Source: Octopus sinensis (taxonomy: Eukaryota). From it: DNA of 64,000 nt. Each line of letters begins with the position of its first letter. Within the stretch, counting starts at the first letter, position 1. Below, piece after piece: positions 1-12,635 of this stretch. The translations under genes were made by a program, and so were the position numbers. The stretch covers positions 40,424,001 through 40,488,000 of the forward strand of contig NC_043005.1 in NCBI RefSeq assembly GCF_006345805.1, written 5' to 3'. The notes below the pieces were generated by a model. The model worked only from the letters and a program-made list of their open reading frames with translations. It ran no database searches and was not told the DNA's origin.

Positions 1-225
1 CATCCATCCATATATTGTATTATAAAATAAATTTTTAATAAATGCATCTATATAAAGTATTATATAAAATTTACATTAAATATGTATTTCTACGAATAAT
101 GAGATAACAGGAAAAGAAATTTTTCGCATATTTATTGTACCAAACATTTCTTTATGTTCATATAATATTTATTAATTATAGACATATAACAATACTTCAA
201 ATTATAGAATAACATAATATGAAAA

Positions 226-329
226 TAATTAATATTCATTTTATAAATTAGATGCTTGTAGAAAAAAAATATATATATAATTAATATTCATTTTATAAAT
301 TAGATGCTTGTAGAAAAAAAATATATATA
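226..329. repeat. 52-bp tandem duplication (2 copies)
   Basis: taattaatattcattttataaattagatgcttgtagaaaaaaaatatatata occurs at 226-277 and again at 278-329. Confidence 0.9.
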
Positions 330-534
330 TGCAATACAATAAGTAGCCATCAATGAATACATACATACGTGCATGTGTGCATGTGTGCATGAATACATAA
401 TACATAGATACATACATACACACATACATACGCAGACATGACAGAAGCAAATAGACACCCTTATAATCGTTCAAATTTATTGAAATCTGAAATTATACAT
501 CCAGATTATTCATTAATTACAATAATATGAATAT

Positions 535-1380
535 CTAATGTTTAGTAGACATGCCCTTTGAATTTTTCTATGCAAGGACCCTGTTATGTATGTTACTGAT
601 CAGATGAATATTCTCTTGAGGAATTTCTTGCCAAGTTTCATGCAGTAATCTCAAAAGAGCTGGCTTTGAGGATGATTTCTTGTTCTGTTTACAAAGTGTC
701 CTGTCTATTATGCCTCAGAGGCGTTCAATAGGGTTCTTATCTGGTGACAGGCTTGGCCATGGAAGCATTTTAATGCGATTCTCTTCCAACCAGTCTTGGA
801 TCTTTTTGGTCGTGTGACAAAGAGCCCCATCTTGCATAAATGGAGTGTCTTCTTTAATCATTTCACTACTTGAGAAGATTGAAAAGAGTCAGTTTTGCAA
901 TATGGACGTATATTTACCTGAGTTTATGTTTCTCTCACACTCCACTCCAAATTGCTCTCCAGACCATCACAGAATAGCTGCCGTGTTTCATTGTTGGTTT
1001 GCAATCTTTTACACGTCAAATTCTTGGTCACAGAAAATGCAGTAAATGTGGACTCATCAGAGAATTAATACAGTGTCCCAAAACGCTAGAGGTGTAGCCT
1101 CTCCACCATCTCACTGGCTCAATATTTTCTATACTTGTTATTGGCTGGTCGAAGAAGTGACTCCCTTCTTACTGCTCTGATACAGTAGCCAGTTTGTGGA
1201 GATACCTGGCAGCTGTTCTGGGACTGACATCAACTTGTTCTGCTATGTCAGAGGCCTTGCAACGAGGATTCTCTTCCACATTTATCTTAACAAAGCGAAG
1301 AGTCATGTCAGAGAGCCCTGGTCGACTTGGGCAAGATGATGTGAACTTCTTCCCTTCTCTGGTGAATTGCACAATCACTC
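535..1380 (-). mobile_element. Tc1-family (DD34E) transposase pseudogene
   Basis: Minus-strand translation gives an HTH-region fragment ([26 protein letters not shown]), then FSDESTF, KHGSYSVMVW, FMQDGALCHTTKKIQDWLEENRIKMLPWPSLSPDKNPIE (34 residues between D and E) and a C-terminal KGMSTKH*. It has stops and frameshifts. No TIRs were located. Confidence 0.9.
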
Positions 1381-1494
1381 TATTAACTGTAGAAAGCGGG
1401 ATCCCAAGGTTTTCTGCGATTTTAAACTAAGTCCACCTTCAGATTGACCCAGAGTGGCCACTGCAATTACAATAGATACACGGCCTTCAACGCT

Positions 1495-1985
1495 GCTACA
1501 CCAGTGTGGAAGATATCACCTACATCATCAGCAGCTGCCCCAAAATGTCTACGAGATACTATCTGCCTTTGAGGCATGATATAGTTGCAAAGACTATTTA
1601 CAATGCTATCCATAGGAAAGACTGCCCTGATGTGTACGTCAAAGGCATGTCAGAACCAACATGTATTTGCACCTTTAAAAACAAGGAATATTGGTGAACA
1701 CCCCAATAAAATCATAAATTCGGTGCAAACATAACAGATTTGATATTGTTGTATGGAACAGGAAACAAAAGCCATGCGCTGTTGTAGAGGTTAGCTGCCC
1801 AGCAGACGTGAATGTACAATCAAAAGTCCAGGGAAAAGAGAACATATATGGCGAATTAATACGGAACTTGTAGCGATTGTACCTTGACTATAAATTTTCA
1901 TATGTACCAATCATCATAGGTGCATTAGGTTACGTATCAACAAATTTGCACAAACATCTAGAAACACTTGGTTTCACGGAAAAGG
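1495..1985 (+). mobile_element. R4/Dong-type non-LTR retrotransposon C-terminal fragment (zinc knuckle + restriction-like endonuclease), disrupted
   Basis: VEDITYIISSCPKMSTRYYLPLRHDIVAKTIYN, then HNRFDIVVW, VEVSCPADVN and PIIIGALGYV. This is the CCHC + PD..D-xxK RLE layout of R4/Dong clade elements. It is the same family as 49155-50222. Confidence 0.85.
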
Positions 1986-2422
1986 ATCTGTCAATGACCA
2001 GACTGTTTTCCCGATATTTGACAATATATGTTACTGGTCACACACACACACGTACCAGATAGGTGCGCACGCACGTACGCATACAACAGAGATATATACG
2101 CAGACACATTTACACTAGCTGCATACACACATTCATTTCCAATCAGTAATATCTCTCAACAGAAAAATGAACGCGCACATACCAAATGCACGCACTTCCA
2201 TCACATACACATCAACTCGTAACAAGAATGTGCAAATATCAAATGCCCGGGTACACACACTAGACACACATACATACACAGCAGATACAAATGGACGCAT
2301 ACACTTCGGATACAGAATCAATCGTACTAGATATATACATTCACACATCGATTATCCATGCACATACATACATACATCAACGAATTGATGTCACCAACAC
2401 AAACTCATATACATACGTACAC

Positions 2423-2460
<38 letters not shown>

Positions 2461-2934
2461 ACACACACACACACACACACCACACATACATTACACTCGC
2501 CAGCGATCTGATGTCGCCAACATACAAAACCCCAAGAAAACTTGCATGGAGCCAAATTAAAATATTATTGAACAAATTACAGTCGTTCACTCTGTCCGTT
2601 ATCGGACGGAGTCTGCAGCTATTGAAGAGGTTGTAAGAAGTAACGAAAATTTTAGAAAAATGAAATCTTTAAACAAGTAAATGAGTGAAATTTGAACCGG
2701 TGAGTGTGTTATTTAATAAGGCATTAAAACAGAACGGCTCTCCCCAGACACAACGATATATATCAGATAAGATGTAATTGTATTTTCTATTTCTATTTCC
2801 ATGTCTAGTTATATTTGCAATATATTATGTATAATGTTATTGCTGTTATGTAATGGTGTAATAAAGTATTGATTGGGTATTATCTGATGGTTGATGATTG
2901 ATTGATTTAAGTATGTTTCTCCATTTTCTCATTT

Positions 2935-2995
<61 letters not shown>

Positions 2996-3246
2996 ACATG
3001 TGTGTGTGTATGTGTGTGTGTGTACGTGTGTGTGTGTGTATGTGTGTGTGCACATACACACACATATATACATACATATATTTATTTATTTATACATAAT
3101 TAAGGATAAAACCATTTTAATTTAATCAAGTGGACAGCGTGTAATAAAACCATATTGGTGACAATTTATACTAATATATATATACATATATACATATATA
3201 CATAGAGAGAGAGACAGAGAGAGACAGAGAGAGAGACAGAGAGAGA

Positions 3247-4135
3247 CGAGGAGATATCCAAAAGAAACCGGAATTTTGCAATATTATTTTATTCACTTAG
3301 TTTTACATGTTTACACTTTTATCGTCTTCAAAGTATCCTCCATTTGAAACAACGCATCAGTCTAGACGCGTTTTCCGCTGTTCGAAGCAATACTGGAACT
3401 CTTTTGAAGTGTTGCCTTTAACGCCTACGTCGTTTTTTTCCTTCACTTCTTCCATATCTGCAAGATCCGCAACACCAGTTTTCATCACTAGTGATGAATT
3501 TTGAATTGAAGTCCGGTTCAACTTCCGACAGTTCTTTCAGCTCATGACACGCATTCAGTCGTAACTGCTTTTGATCTTCCATGAGTAAGCGAGGCACAAA
3601 TTTTGCTACAACTGTTTTCATTCGCAATTCCTCGCTCAAAATTTGTTGGCAGGAGCTCCAGTATACACCAATCATATCAACAAATTTGTCAATTGTTCAG
3701 TTACGGTCTTCTAAGATCAGATAAAGAATTTTCATGATGTTTTCATTTGTTCAGGAGGTTGATGGTCACCCTGAACGACAAGTGACTATTGTTAAAGCGT
3801 GAAAACCACTCGTAAACTTGTATTTTGCTCATGGCAACGTCCTTGTAAGCTGCTTGAAGCATGACATCTGTTTCGGCGGCCGTTTTCCCCCAGCAGAAAA
3901 CAGAATCTCACAAAAGCACGCCCTTCCTTCGTTTCAGCCATCACAAAAATCGACGTACGAGGGAGAAGCACTGCAAAATAAAAAAGCACCACATGGCAGA
4001 ACGACCACACTAGACGCCACCGGTCAGCAGACTGATGCCTGAGGGTTGCATCAAGTAGCATCTAGCAGTGCAAGCCCGACCTACAACGGGGTTGCCCCAC
4101 AGAGAACGTTTCAGGTTGCATTTGGGTACCTCTTC

Positions 4136-4136
<1 letters not shown>
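3247..4136 (-). mobile_element. Internally deleted mariner element (890 bp) with imperfect ~27-bp TIRs
   Basis: Left TIR cgaggagatatccaaaagaaaccggaa; right TIR (revcomp) cgaagaggtacccaaatgcaacctgaa. The minus strand encodes MAETKEGRAFVRFCFLLG, then ILSEELRMKTVVAKFVPRLL...FITSDENW, joined directly to the C-terminus (GGYFEDDK). The central catalytic part is missing. Confidence 0.88.
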
Positions 4137-4173
<37 letters not shown>

Positions 4174-4214
4174 GTAATTATATATATATAAATTATATAT
4201 ATACATACATATGT

Positions 4215-4426
4215 AATTAAAATAAGCAACAGTATATCAAGAAGTGATGTAGCACGACCGTTTCAAGCGGCTTGATTTAATTGAACAATGCAGTCATTGC
4301 TGCGCAAATAAATATAATTTTAACCAGTTGGATACAGTAATATAATTTTTCCCAAATACTTTAAATGTAGCCGCTTGAAACGGACGTACTGCATCACTTC
4401 TTGATATCCTGTTGCTTGTTTTAATT
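4215..4426. repeat. Inverted repeat, ~66-bp arms with 80-bp spacer
   Basis: 4215-4280 (aattaaaataagcaacagtatatcaagaagtgatg...caagcggcttgatttaa) is the near reverse complement of 4361-4426. Confidence 0.9.
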
Positions 4427-4687
4427 TTATTCACCTTACTTCGAGCTGTGTGGATAATACCGGATTGACCTGGTGCTTCAACTTAAGTACCTAATTCAAC
4501 TGAATCTCAATTATTTCTTTTATATATATGTGTGTGTTTGTGTGTATGTTTGTGCCTGTGTATCTGTGTGTGTGTGTGTGTTGTGTGTGTGTGTGTGTGT
4601 GTGTGTGCAATGCATCCACTCTATTGCCTTATATTAATTGTGCGCTTTTTCTGATTCATGAATTCTTCCCAGAACACAAACATACAT

Positions 4688-4738
<51 letters not shown>

Positions 4739-5449
4739 CAAGTGCGCGCATGCTTTAGTAGATACAAACTGTAGAAAGATATTTCAATGTATGTAGTAGA
4801 CTGTATATGTGTAGGTACAGTCAAATGTACATATTTCTACTGAAGTTAATATAAATACATTTGTGATTAGAAGGTTTAAGCTTTCATCTAAATGAAACAT
4901 AAAACTACAAAACAACCTTCTACAATAGTCTCTAACTTCGAGGCTGATGTTTGTATAAAATTTTTAAAATGAGTTTCAATCTGGTGTATTGTATAGCATA
5001 ACGACCGTGTTAGTGATGGCTGTTATACTTGTTACAATTTCGATAGCCGTCGCTTTGTTGACAGCAAAAATGAAAAATTTATATTCAAATTGATTGTTCA
5101 TTTAAAATACTAACTTTAATATAAAATATATTCTGTTTTGTCTTCGATAGAATTAGAGAATTATTAACTTTCATTTTCAAAGAAATAGTCGCTATGTTAT
5201 ACGATTTTCAATTATTGAAATTTATGTTGCTTTCCTCAGCGAAAGCTAAATAATTGATTTTTTTATTAATATTGTTTAACTAAAAATATATATTTCCAAA
5301 ATATTTTACCATCTGATAACTTGGTATGCAAATTCTACAACATTTACTTTTACTCAACTGGCTTCTCCAGAAACAACGATCCTTATCAATATTCTACATT
5401 CACCATTATGATGCCTCTTTCTAGATGTGCAAATGAATTCTCTGATCTA

Positions 5450-6121
5450 CAACTGTTCCCAGAGGTTTGTTGGAGGCTTATTTTGCTGATAGCAACGTAT
5501 ACTTAAATGTTCTAATGTGTGAACACTGGAGCCGGAAAATACACTTGACTTTTATTTATTCACACGAGAAAAGCAGGCCTTAAAGGAAGTTGCGATCTTT
5601 TCAGAATGGATGGTCAGGCGACATCAGATGGTTGAACAGAAATCCGGGTTAGTACCTTCATCATCAACGCCACTGCATTTTCTGACGGTTTAGTAAATTC
5701 CCAGTAGTGTTGAAGGCCGTGTATCGAGTATAATTTCAGTGACCTTTTCTGTTGTCTAAATTTCGGAGAAGCACTATAGAAGCTCCTCTTTCGGCTTTGC
5801 CGTCGTGAAGAGGTAGGCTACATATATTTAGTGAATTCAAAAATAGTATCCTCCCTACGGATAGTATTGTAAATAGTATTTGCAACTATATCATGCCTCA
5901 TGACTAGATAGTATCTCGTAGACATTTGGAGGCAGCTGCTGATGATGTAGGTGATATCTTCCACACTGGTGTAGCAGCGTTGAAGGCCGTGTATCTATTG
6001 TAATTGCTGTGACCATTTCTGTGTTCTAAGTTTCGTTTCAGAGAAGCAACACAGAACTCCTGTTTCGTCTTTGCTGTTGTGAAGAGGTAGGCCACATGTA
6101 TTTAATGAATTCAAAAATAGT
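5450..6121 (-). mobile_element. Helitron PIF1-like helicase remnants (two diverged overlapping copies) interrupted by an R4-LINE fragment
   Basis: Minus strand: GASIVLLRNLDNRKGH*NYTRY, LTRISVQPSD, LKRSQLPLRPAF..INKSQ, PVFTH, VYVAISKI. A second copy at ~5975-6121 reads GLPLHN...RNLEHRNGHSNYNRY. Segment ~5855-5975 reads EDITYIISSC...RYYL.MRHDIVA (LINE). Confidence 0.8.
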
Positions 6122-7162
6122 GTAGAATAAAGAACAACTTCATTTTCTTTTTCTACTGAATCTACGTTTCTTAGTATAATTATATTTCAAGGAAGCTTAA
6201 TTAAATTTCATCATTTAGTAAGTCAAACTCGGCTTTTTTGTGCTAGAATTGTTCTTGAAGACATCTATTGTTCATTTTCGTAGTGTGTTGTTCGATCTAC
6301 AAATACAAATTGAACCGGATTTACTTTGAAGTTCACAGTTAGAAAAGGCAAAATCACAATGGTGTCTGGGAAAGGTGTGCAAACTTCGCAATGACTCCAA
6401 ATGGAAAACCTTTCGATGCATCAAATACCGAAAATCGTTGAGCTCTACGAGTTACTGGGGGAATTTGCCTGAAATTTCAGCATCTTCGCTGAAGACTAAT
6501 AATTTCCTTCCAAGAAGTTGCTTACTATTCGTTACATGCTGATGCGTGCGATTCAAAGCTTTGAAAAGATGTCGGTGGCACAAAAATAGCTGAGCATCGG
6601 GCAGAAGGCGACCAGTTGCGTAATGAAGAGATTTGCAGACGATCAACAATGTAACCTGAAAAAGTCGTTAACATTCTTGCCATGTTACGAATCTCACTGA
6701 AAATGATCAAGAATGACAAACGTGCATGAACGGGATAGCAACGATTCAGCCTGATGTCTATTACCCCATTCTTGCCCATTTGTCATTCTTGACTGAGAAT
6801 ATCGTAACAAAGCACTCAGCAACCCATATAAACAGCGTTCAAAACTCATTGGGATATAGATGGATAGATAATATCTATATATTCATATATAGATATTATA
6901 TATGAGTCAAGACATTGCAAGAAAGTTAAAAACCTTTTGCCGGTTACATTGTCGATCGTCTGCAAACTTGCATCTCTGTCAAACAGAAGTGTTCAATTCA
7001 CGATAGATGGACAGTGTATACTTTATCAATAGTCTCTGGGATTTCTTCTGGGATTCCTTCTTCGCCAAGTATAAGAATCAACATAGGATATATCTTCGGC
7101 ATTTTAATCAAAATAAGCTACAAGTTTAGTTGATTGAGCTTTAATTGATTAATGAAAACATT

Positions 7163-7343
7163 CTTTTATTCTTTTATTTTTTACTTGTTTCAGTCATTTG
7201 ACTGCGGCCATGCTGGAGCACCACCTTAGTCGAACAAATCGACCCCAGGACTTATTCTTTGTAAGCCTAGTACTTATTCTATCGTTATTTTTTGCCGAAC
7301 CACTAAGTCACGGTGACGCAAACATACCAACATCGGTTGTCAA

Positions 7344-7378
<35 letters not shown>

Positions 7379-7513
7379 GACGGGCTTCTTTCAGTTTCCG
7401 TCTACTAAATCCACTTACAAGGCTTTGGTAGGTCCGAGGCTATAGTAGAAGATACTTACCCAAGGGGCCACGCAGTGGGAAGCAACTTACCACACAACCA
7501 CTCCTGCGCCTAT
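7163..7513 (-). mobile_element. tRNA-headed SINE, family 1 (internal (TA)n)
   Basis: The minus-strand head begins aggcgcaggagtgg. The body has ...gacggaaactgaaagaagcccgtcg, then (TA)n, then a tail ...ccagcatggccgcagtc..atgactgaaacaagtaaaa. The same family recurs many times in the window. Confidence 0.85.
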
Positions 7514-7740
7514 ATTACATCATTATAAAAGAAACCGTTTTCGTCAGATGAATTCATGAACTTCAAAATGATTTAACATTGTTTAAAATCCACGGAGCAA
7601 AAGATTTTCAGTGATTCTGCAACTATTTCAGTGGATTTTAAAACTATGTTAAATCATATTGAAAGTACTTAATTTCGATTTCGAAGTTCATGAAACGACC
7701 GTATTGGATTGACACCTGTACCTCTACTGTTCCTCATTTA

Positions 7741-7742
7741 TA

Positions 7743-7809
<67 letters not shown>

Positions 7810-8025
7810 ATATATATATACATATATATACATATACATATATATATATACATATATATAATATATATACATATATATATTATATATATATAATATACAT
7901 ATATATATATATATAATAATATATATATATTATATATACATATATATATATATGTACATATATATATATATATATATATATCTATATATATATATATATA
8001 TACATATATATAATATATATATATA

Positions 8026-8089
<64 letters not shown>

Positions 8090-8103
8090 ATATATATATA
8101 TAT

Positions 8104-8160
<57 letters not shown>
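7741..8160. repeat. ~420-bp degenerate (TA)n microsatellite
   Basis: Almost pure TA with scattered C/A/T interruptions. Confidence 0.95.
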
Positions 8161-8162
<2 letters not shown>

Positions 8163-9658
8163 CTAACCATCTGTACCCCAATGAGTTTTGAACGCTGCTT
8201 ATATGGGTTGCTGAGTGCTTTGTTACGATATTCTCAGTCCTTGACTCAATTGTGTAGTTTTACTGCTTATATATGTATACATACATACATACACACATAC
8301 ATACATACATACATACATACATAAACACATAATATATACGTGTGAGTGTGCGTGTATGTATGTGTGTGCGTATATGTGTGTGTTTGTGTGTGTGTACATA
8401 CGTGTGTACGTGTGTGTGTCTGTGTGTGTGTGCGAGTGTGTGTGTGGATGCGTGTGTACATGTGTTTATGAGTGCGCGTGTTTTGATGTGCGATTTGGCG
8501 TCTTTTTTCCAAATCCGAATGGCTGCAGCTTGTATAATCCGAAAATTCTTATGGTTTCTAACATTCCTTTAAAACGTGTGTGTCCATCAGACAGACACGC
8601 TAAGATTAGTGTTTGTAATATTACTAGACTGTTATTGTGACTGCCATCAGATGATGTTGATATTATTGTTGCTAATGCTGTTGTTTTTAATATATGCCAC
8701 TTGTTGACGACGACGGTGATGGATGTCGTGTCTCACATAAAAAAGGTCAAGCTATTGTTAATTGCCGTGGCATTTTCTTACTAACTTCCAGTTGTTTTCG
8801 AGTTTGTTTTGAGCAAATGCGCGTGCGCGTAATTTCATTTTTCGGTTTTGACAGAAATTAAAAATGTTGCCTAACGGCTTATTCAACCACGTTCAAACAG
8901 CCATTGTATGAAACCTGGTGTTCCACTCAAAGCAAACTTTAAATTTGATTTACTCTACTCTCAGAACTGAGCCACCCCATCCGTAAATACGGCAAAATAG
9001 TAGTAGTAGTAGTAGTAGTGGTGGCGGCGGCAGCAGCAGCAGCAGAAACAGCAGCTTTTAATTAATAACGTCAATTTAACTCTCTCTGCCACACACGCGC
9101 ACACTCGTGCACACACACACACAAGCACACAAATACACACACACATACGCACACACAAACACACACATACATACATTCTCCCCCTACCTACATGAAGCTA
9201 TGTAATTACAATTACACTGACATTCTATTCCCACAGTGGGTTAGATGGGTCGATATTTGATTATGAAAATTGTTTCTTTGTTGATGCGTTGTTGTTGCAA
9301 TGTGCAATCGGCAAGCTGTGATAAAATGAAGATCGTACAATTAAGTTGTTTCTTACTGGCACATACATCTATATGTTTACTTGGAACTATTTGTCTGTAT
9401 TCTGGTATTTTAATTTGTGATCTATGCAGTGTTATCTGTTATTTTAAGAACATCCTGGTTTGTCCTATGTATTTCTTTCCATAGCCTGAGCACGTAATTG
9501 TGTAGATTAGACTTTCCTTATCTATAGGATTTAAACAAGATTCTTTTGTTGAAAATGAATCTCTCGCTCCTTCTGACAGATTGAAATATATACCACGGTT
9601 GGATCTTTCCAACTTGTTACGATTGGCCTGTTATTACTGAGTAAAGTCTGGCCTATAA

Positions 9659-10192
9659 ACGACGGATACAGCTTCAGCCGGTGATACAAGAAGTTTCAGA
9701 AGCGGTTTCGGAGATAGAGAGCGTGGTCGCAGACACGATCGTGGACACGGAAGAGGTTGTACTGCAAAAAGTGAAGATGTTGACAAAAAAAAAAAAAATG
9801 AAGTCACGTTATTAAATTAGGTCGTTTGGTTACTGATGGCAAAAATCAAAGCTCTTGAAGAGATTTACTTTTTCTCACATTCGACCACGGAGGAAGGAAT
9901 CATTGATTTATATGTTGGGCTCAACCCTCAAAGATAAAAATCTTGATGACTATGCCTATACAGAAACAAACTCGGTCTGGTCAAAGAACACGATTCAAGG
10001 CATTTGTTGCTGTCGGTGACTATGTCGGGCATGTTGATAGAGGAGTGAAATACTCCAAAGAAGTTATAATTGCTATCAGAGATGTTATACTTTTGGCTTA
10101 GCTCTCTAGCTTTTCAGTAAGGTGAGGGCATTAGGCTAATAAAATTAGAAAACCTCAGACTGTTCTTTGTATGGTACTTGGTCAGTGCGTTT
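9659..10192 (+). pseudogene. RPS2: Processed pseudogene of 40S ribosomal protein S2 (uS5), 3'-truncated
   Basis: Across frameshifts it translates to (acg)TDTASAGDTRSFRSGFGDRERGRRHDRGHGRG...VIKLGRLVTDG-KIKALEEIYFFS...[73 protein letters not shown]. This is colinear with eukaryotic uS5. It has no introns, carries multiple stops and frameshifts, and ends in (TG)n. Confidence 0.95.
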
Positions 10193-10243
10193 GTATGCGT
10201 GTGCGTTCTTGTTTGTTTGTGTGTGTGTATGTGTGTGTGTGTG

Positions 10244-10290
<47 letters not shown>

Positions 10291-11388
10291 AGAGGCTATT
10301 ACACAGCAGAAAGTGAGTGAGTGGGTGATAGAAGAAATAAAATGTTAATGGAGTGAAGGATAAAGTGTTTATTACAATGGCCGGAGTAGCAAACCACACT
10401 TACACAACGCACAGGGGGAGAGTGAGACATAAGGAGAGAGAGAGAGAGAGAGAGAGAGATGGCGAGCGGGAGAGAGTATGGGTAAGAATGGGAGGTAAAC
10501 TAAGAAGTGCTGCAATGGTCGCATCGGCAGACTAATAAACGAAAAAGAAACAGACATAGTGACAATCAACAAGAAATTGCATTTCAAAACAACCAACCGG
10601 ATATAAAAGTCATTAGGTGTTTTGAAAACTTCAGCTAACGTAACCGACAGACATCATGCTCTGAAATTACAGATTAATGATACGAAGGTCATAGGAAACT
10701 CATGAAACAAGTATCTTTACAAATGATGTTGTAATTAACAAATTATCGGATTAAATGTTTTTATACTAAACATGATGGCTGCGAAATATATTCCATCTAA
10801 TAGGAATATATTCGGATTGCTCTATCTTCAAATTCGAAAATAGGCCTTTTAACACCATAAAAACTTGAAGCACAAGTGATAATTAACTTCGAGTACTTTG
10901 TATCAACCCCTCCCCCCCCCACACACACATGCACACATACACGAAACTATCGGCGCTTGATTTACTCATTAGTCATCATTTTTTTCATATAACAGGAGAG
11001 GCAAACTTTAACTAGCATATGGAGATAGCGAATGCTTGCTGCTAATGACTCGTAAATACGCAGAAATCGCGTGATCTAGCACTTCCCTCGTCACTGCTGG
11101 ACACATATTTTTAGCACAGTGTTATGACATTCTTACAGTATATCTAAGTAGGATCCCCAACCACATTGTCTTGGGTTTACTTCCATTGCGTGCTACGTGC
11201 GCGCGCGCACACACACACACGCAAACATGCACACACGTATAAAATTACTCAAATTATGTATAATCAAAGATCAAAAGTGTGAGTTGGTGTGTGTATGTAT
11301 GTGTATTATATAAGGACATATATAAGACCCTACGTACTTCCAACTCGTATCGAGAATTTTGTCTGTTTCTCTCTCTCTCACACACATT

Positions 11389-11554
11389 TACGTCGGGCTT
11401 CTTTCAGTTTCCGTCTCCCAAATTCACTCACAAGGCTTTGTCGGCCCGTGACTATATAGATGACTGTTGTCGAAGGTACCACGTGGAGGGACTGAACCCG
11501 TAACCATGTGGCTGGGAAGCTAAATTCTTACCACACAACCACACTTGCGCCTAT
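11389..11554 (-). mobile_element. SINE family 1, head portion
   Basis: Revcomp ataggcgcaagtgtggttgtgtggtaag...gggttcagtccc (A/B-box-like) ...gacggaaactgaaagaagcccgacg. Confidence 0.8.
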
Positions 11555-12419
11555 ACACACACATACGCAGACACACACTCAAATGTATATGTACACACAC
11601 ACATAGACATATATGTGCGTGAGTGTGCATGCGTGTATGTGTGTGCATATGAGTGTGTGTGTGTGTGTGTATTTCGTACTCGTATGCGTGCATCGACATG
11701 TATATTCGCTGGAGAATCTTGTGATTCTGTAGATCAACGACCTGGTGTTAATTCTAAACACCAATACAAGTAAGCAGATGACACCGCCCTTCACTCTTAA
11801 CTTTTCGCACATCGTCGTATCATATATAACACGGACACCCATCACGAGACAGACACCAATTCTCAAAACAATGGCTTCAACAACATGATGAATTGGGTGC
11901 ATAATAAACTAGTCTCATTTAACAACAAAAACGAGACGAAGTAACTATTTATATCAAAGAAACTGTGAGGAATAAATAACACTGAAAAATACTTTAAATC
12001 GTTTCAAATTCTTAACCAGCCAGCCACCCCTATATGGCCTTTCATAGCGATAACACATCTAAATATAACGTTAGTCAAAAGTGCATGTCAACAACTATGC
12101 CTCGTCTTCTGACGCGGGAAAGGCTTCAATTTTGAACTGTTACTAAACCATAAGAAATTGCAAAGAGCCCCCACAACAAATATCTGCTAGCATATTAAGC
12201 TGGCTAGGAACTTGTAGGAACTTGTAGCCTAGCGTGTTAGTGTAATATCTTTCAAGCGACACTCGTCTTTCTTAAAAAAGGAAAAACTCGTTGTATAATC
12301 TTAGATACAAATGGAGGGACGAGACGAGGCGGAATGACCCCAGTTTTTATCATAGGTGTGCTGGATGATGACAAACGGGGCTAAATAGCATAATCTGTTA
12401 ATATACTTAGTAGAATTAA

Positions 12420-12635
12420 CGCGACGAGCTGGGAGAATCGTTAGCAGGCCGGGCAAAATGCTTAGCAGCATTTCGTCCGTCTTCATGTTCTGGGTTCAAA
12501 TTCCACCGAGATCGACTTTGACTTACATCCTTTCGGGGTCGATAACATAAGAACCAGTTGAGCACTGAGGTCGAAGTAATCGACTTACTCCTTCCCCCAG
12601 AATTGCTGGCATTGTGCCAAAATTTGAAATCAATA
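12420..12635 (+). mobile_element. tRNA-headed SINE, family 2
   Basis: cgagctgggagaatcgttagc...gggttcaaattcc...gactttg...catcctttcggggtcgat...aatcgactt; homologous to 17008, 34080 and 36200. Confidence 0.8.

Noticed and set aside
6390-6720. Possible decayed transposase N-terminus (KIVELY..., SGRRRP)
   Set aside because: The similarity is too weak and no TIRs or catalytic motifs were found.
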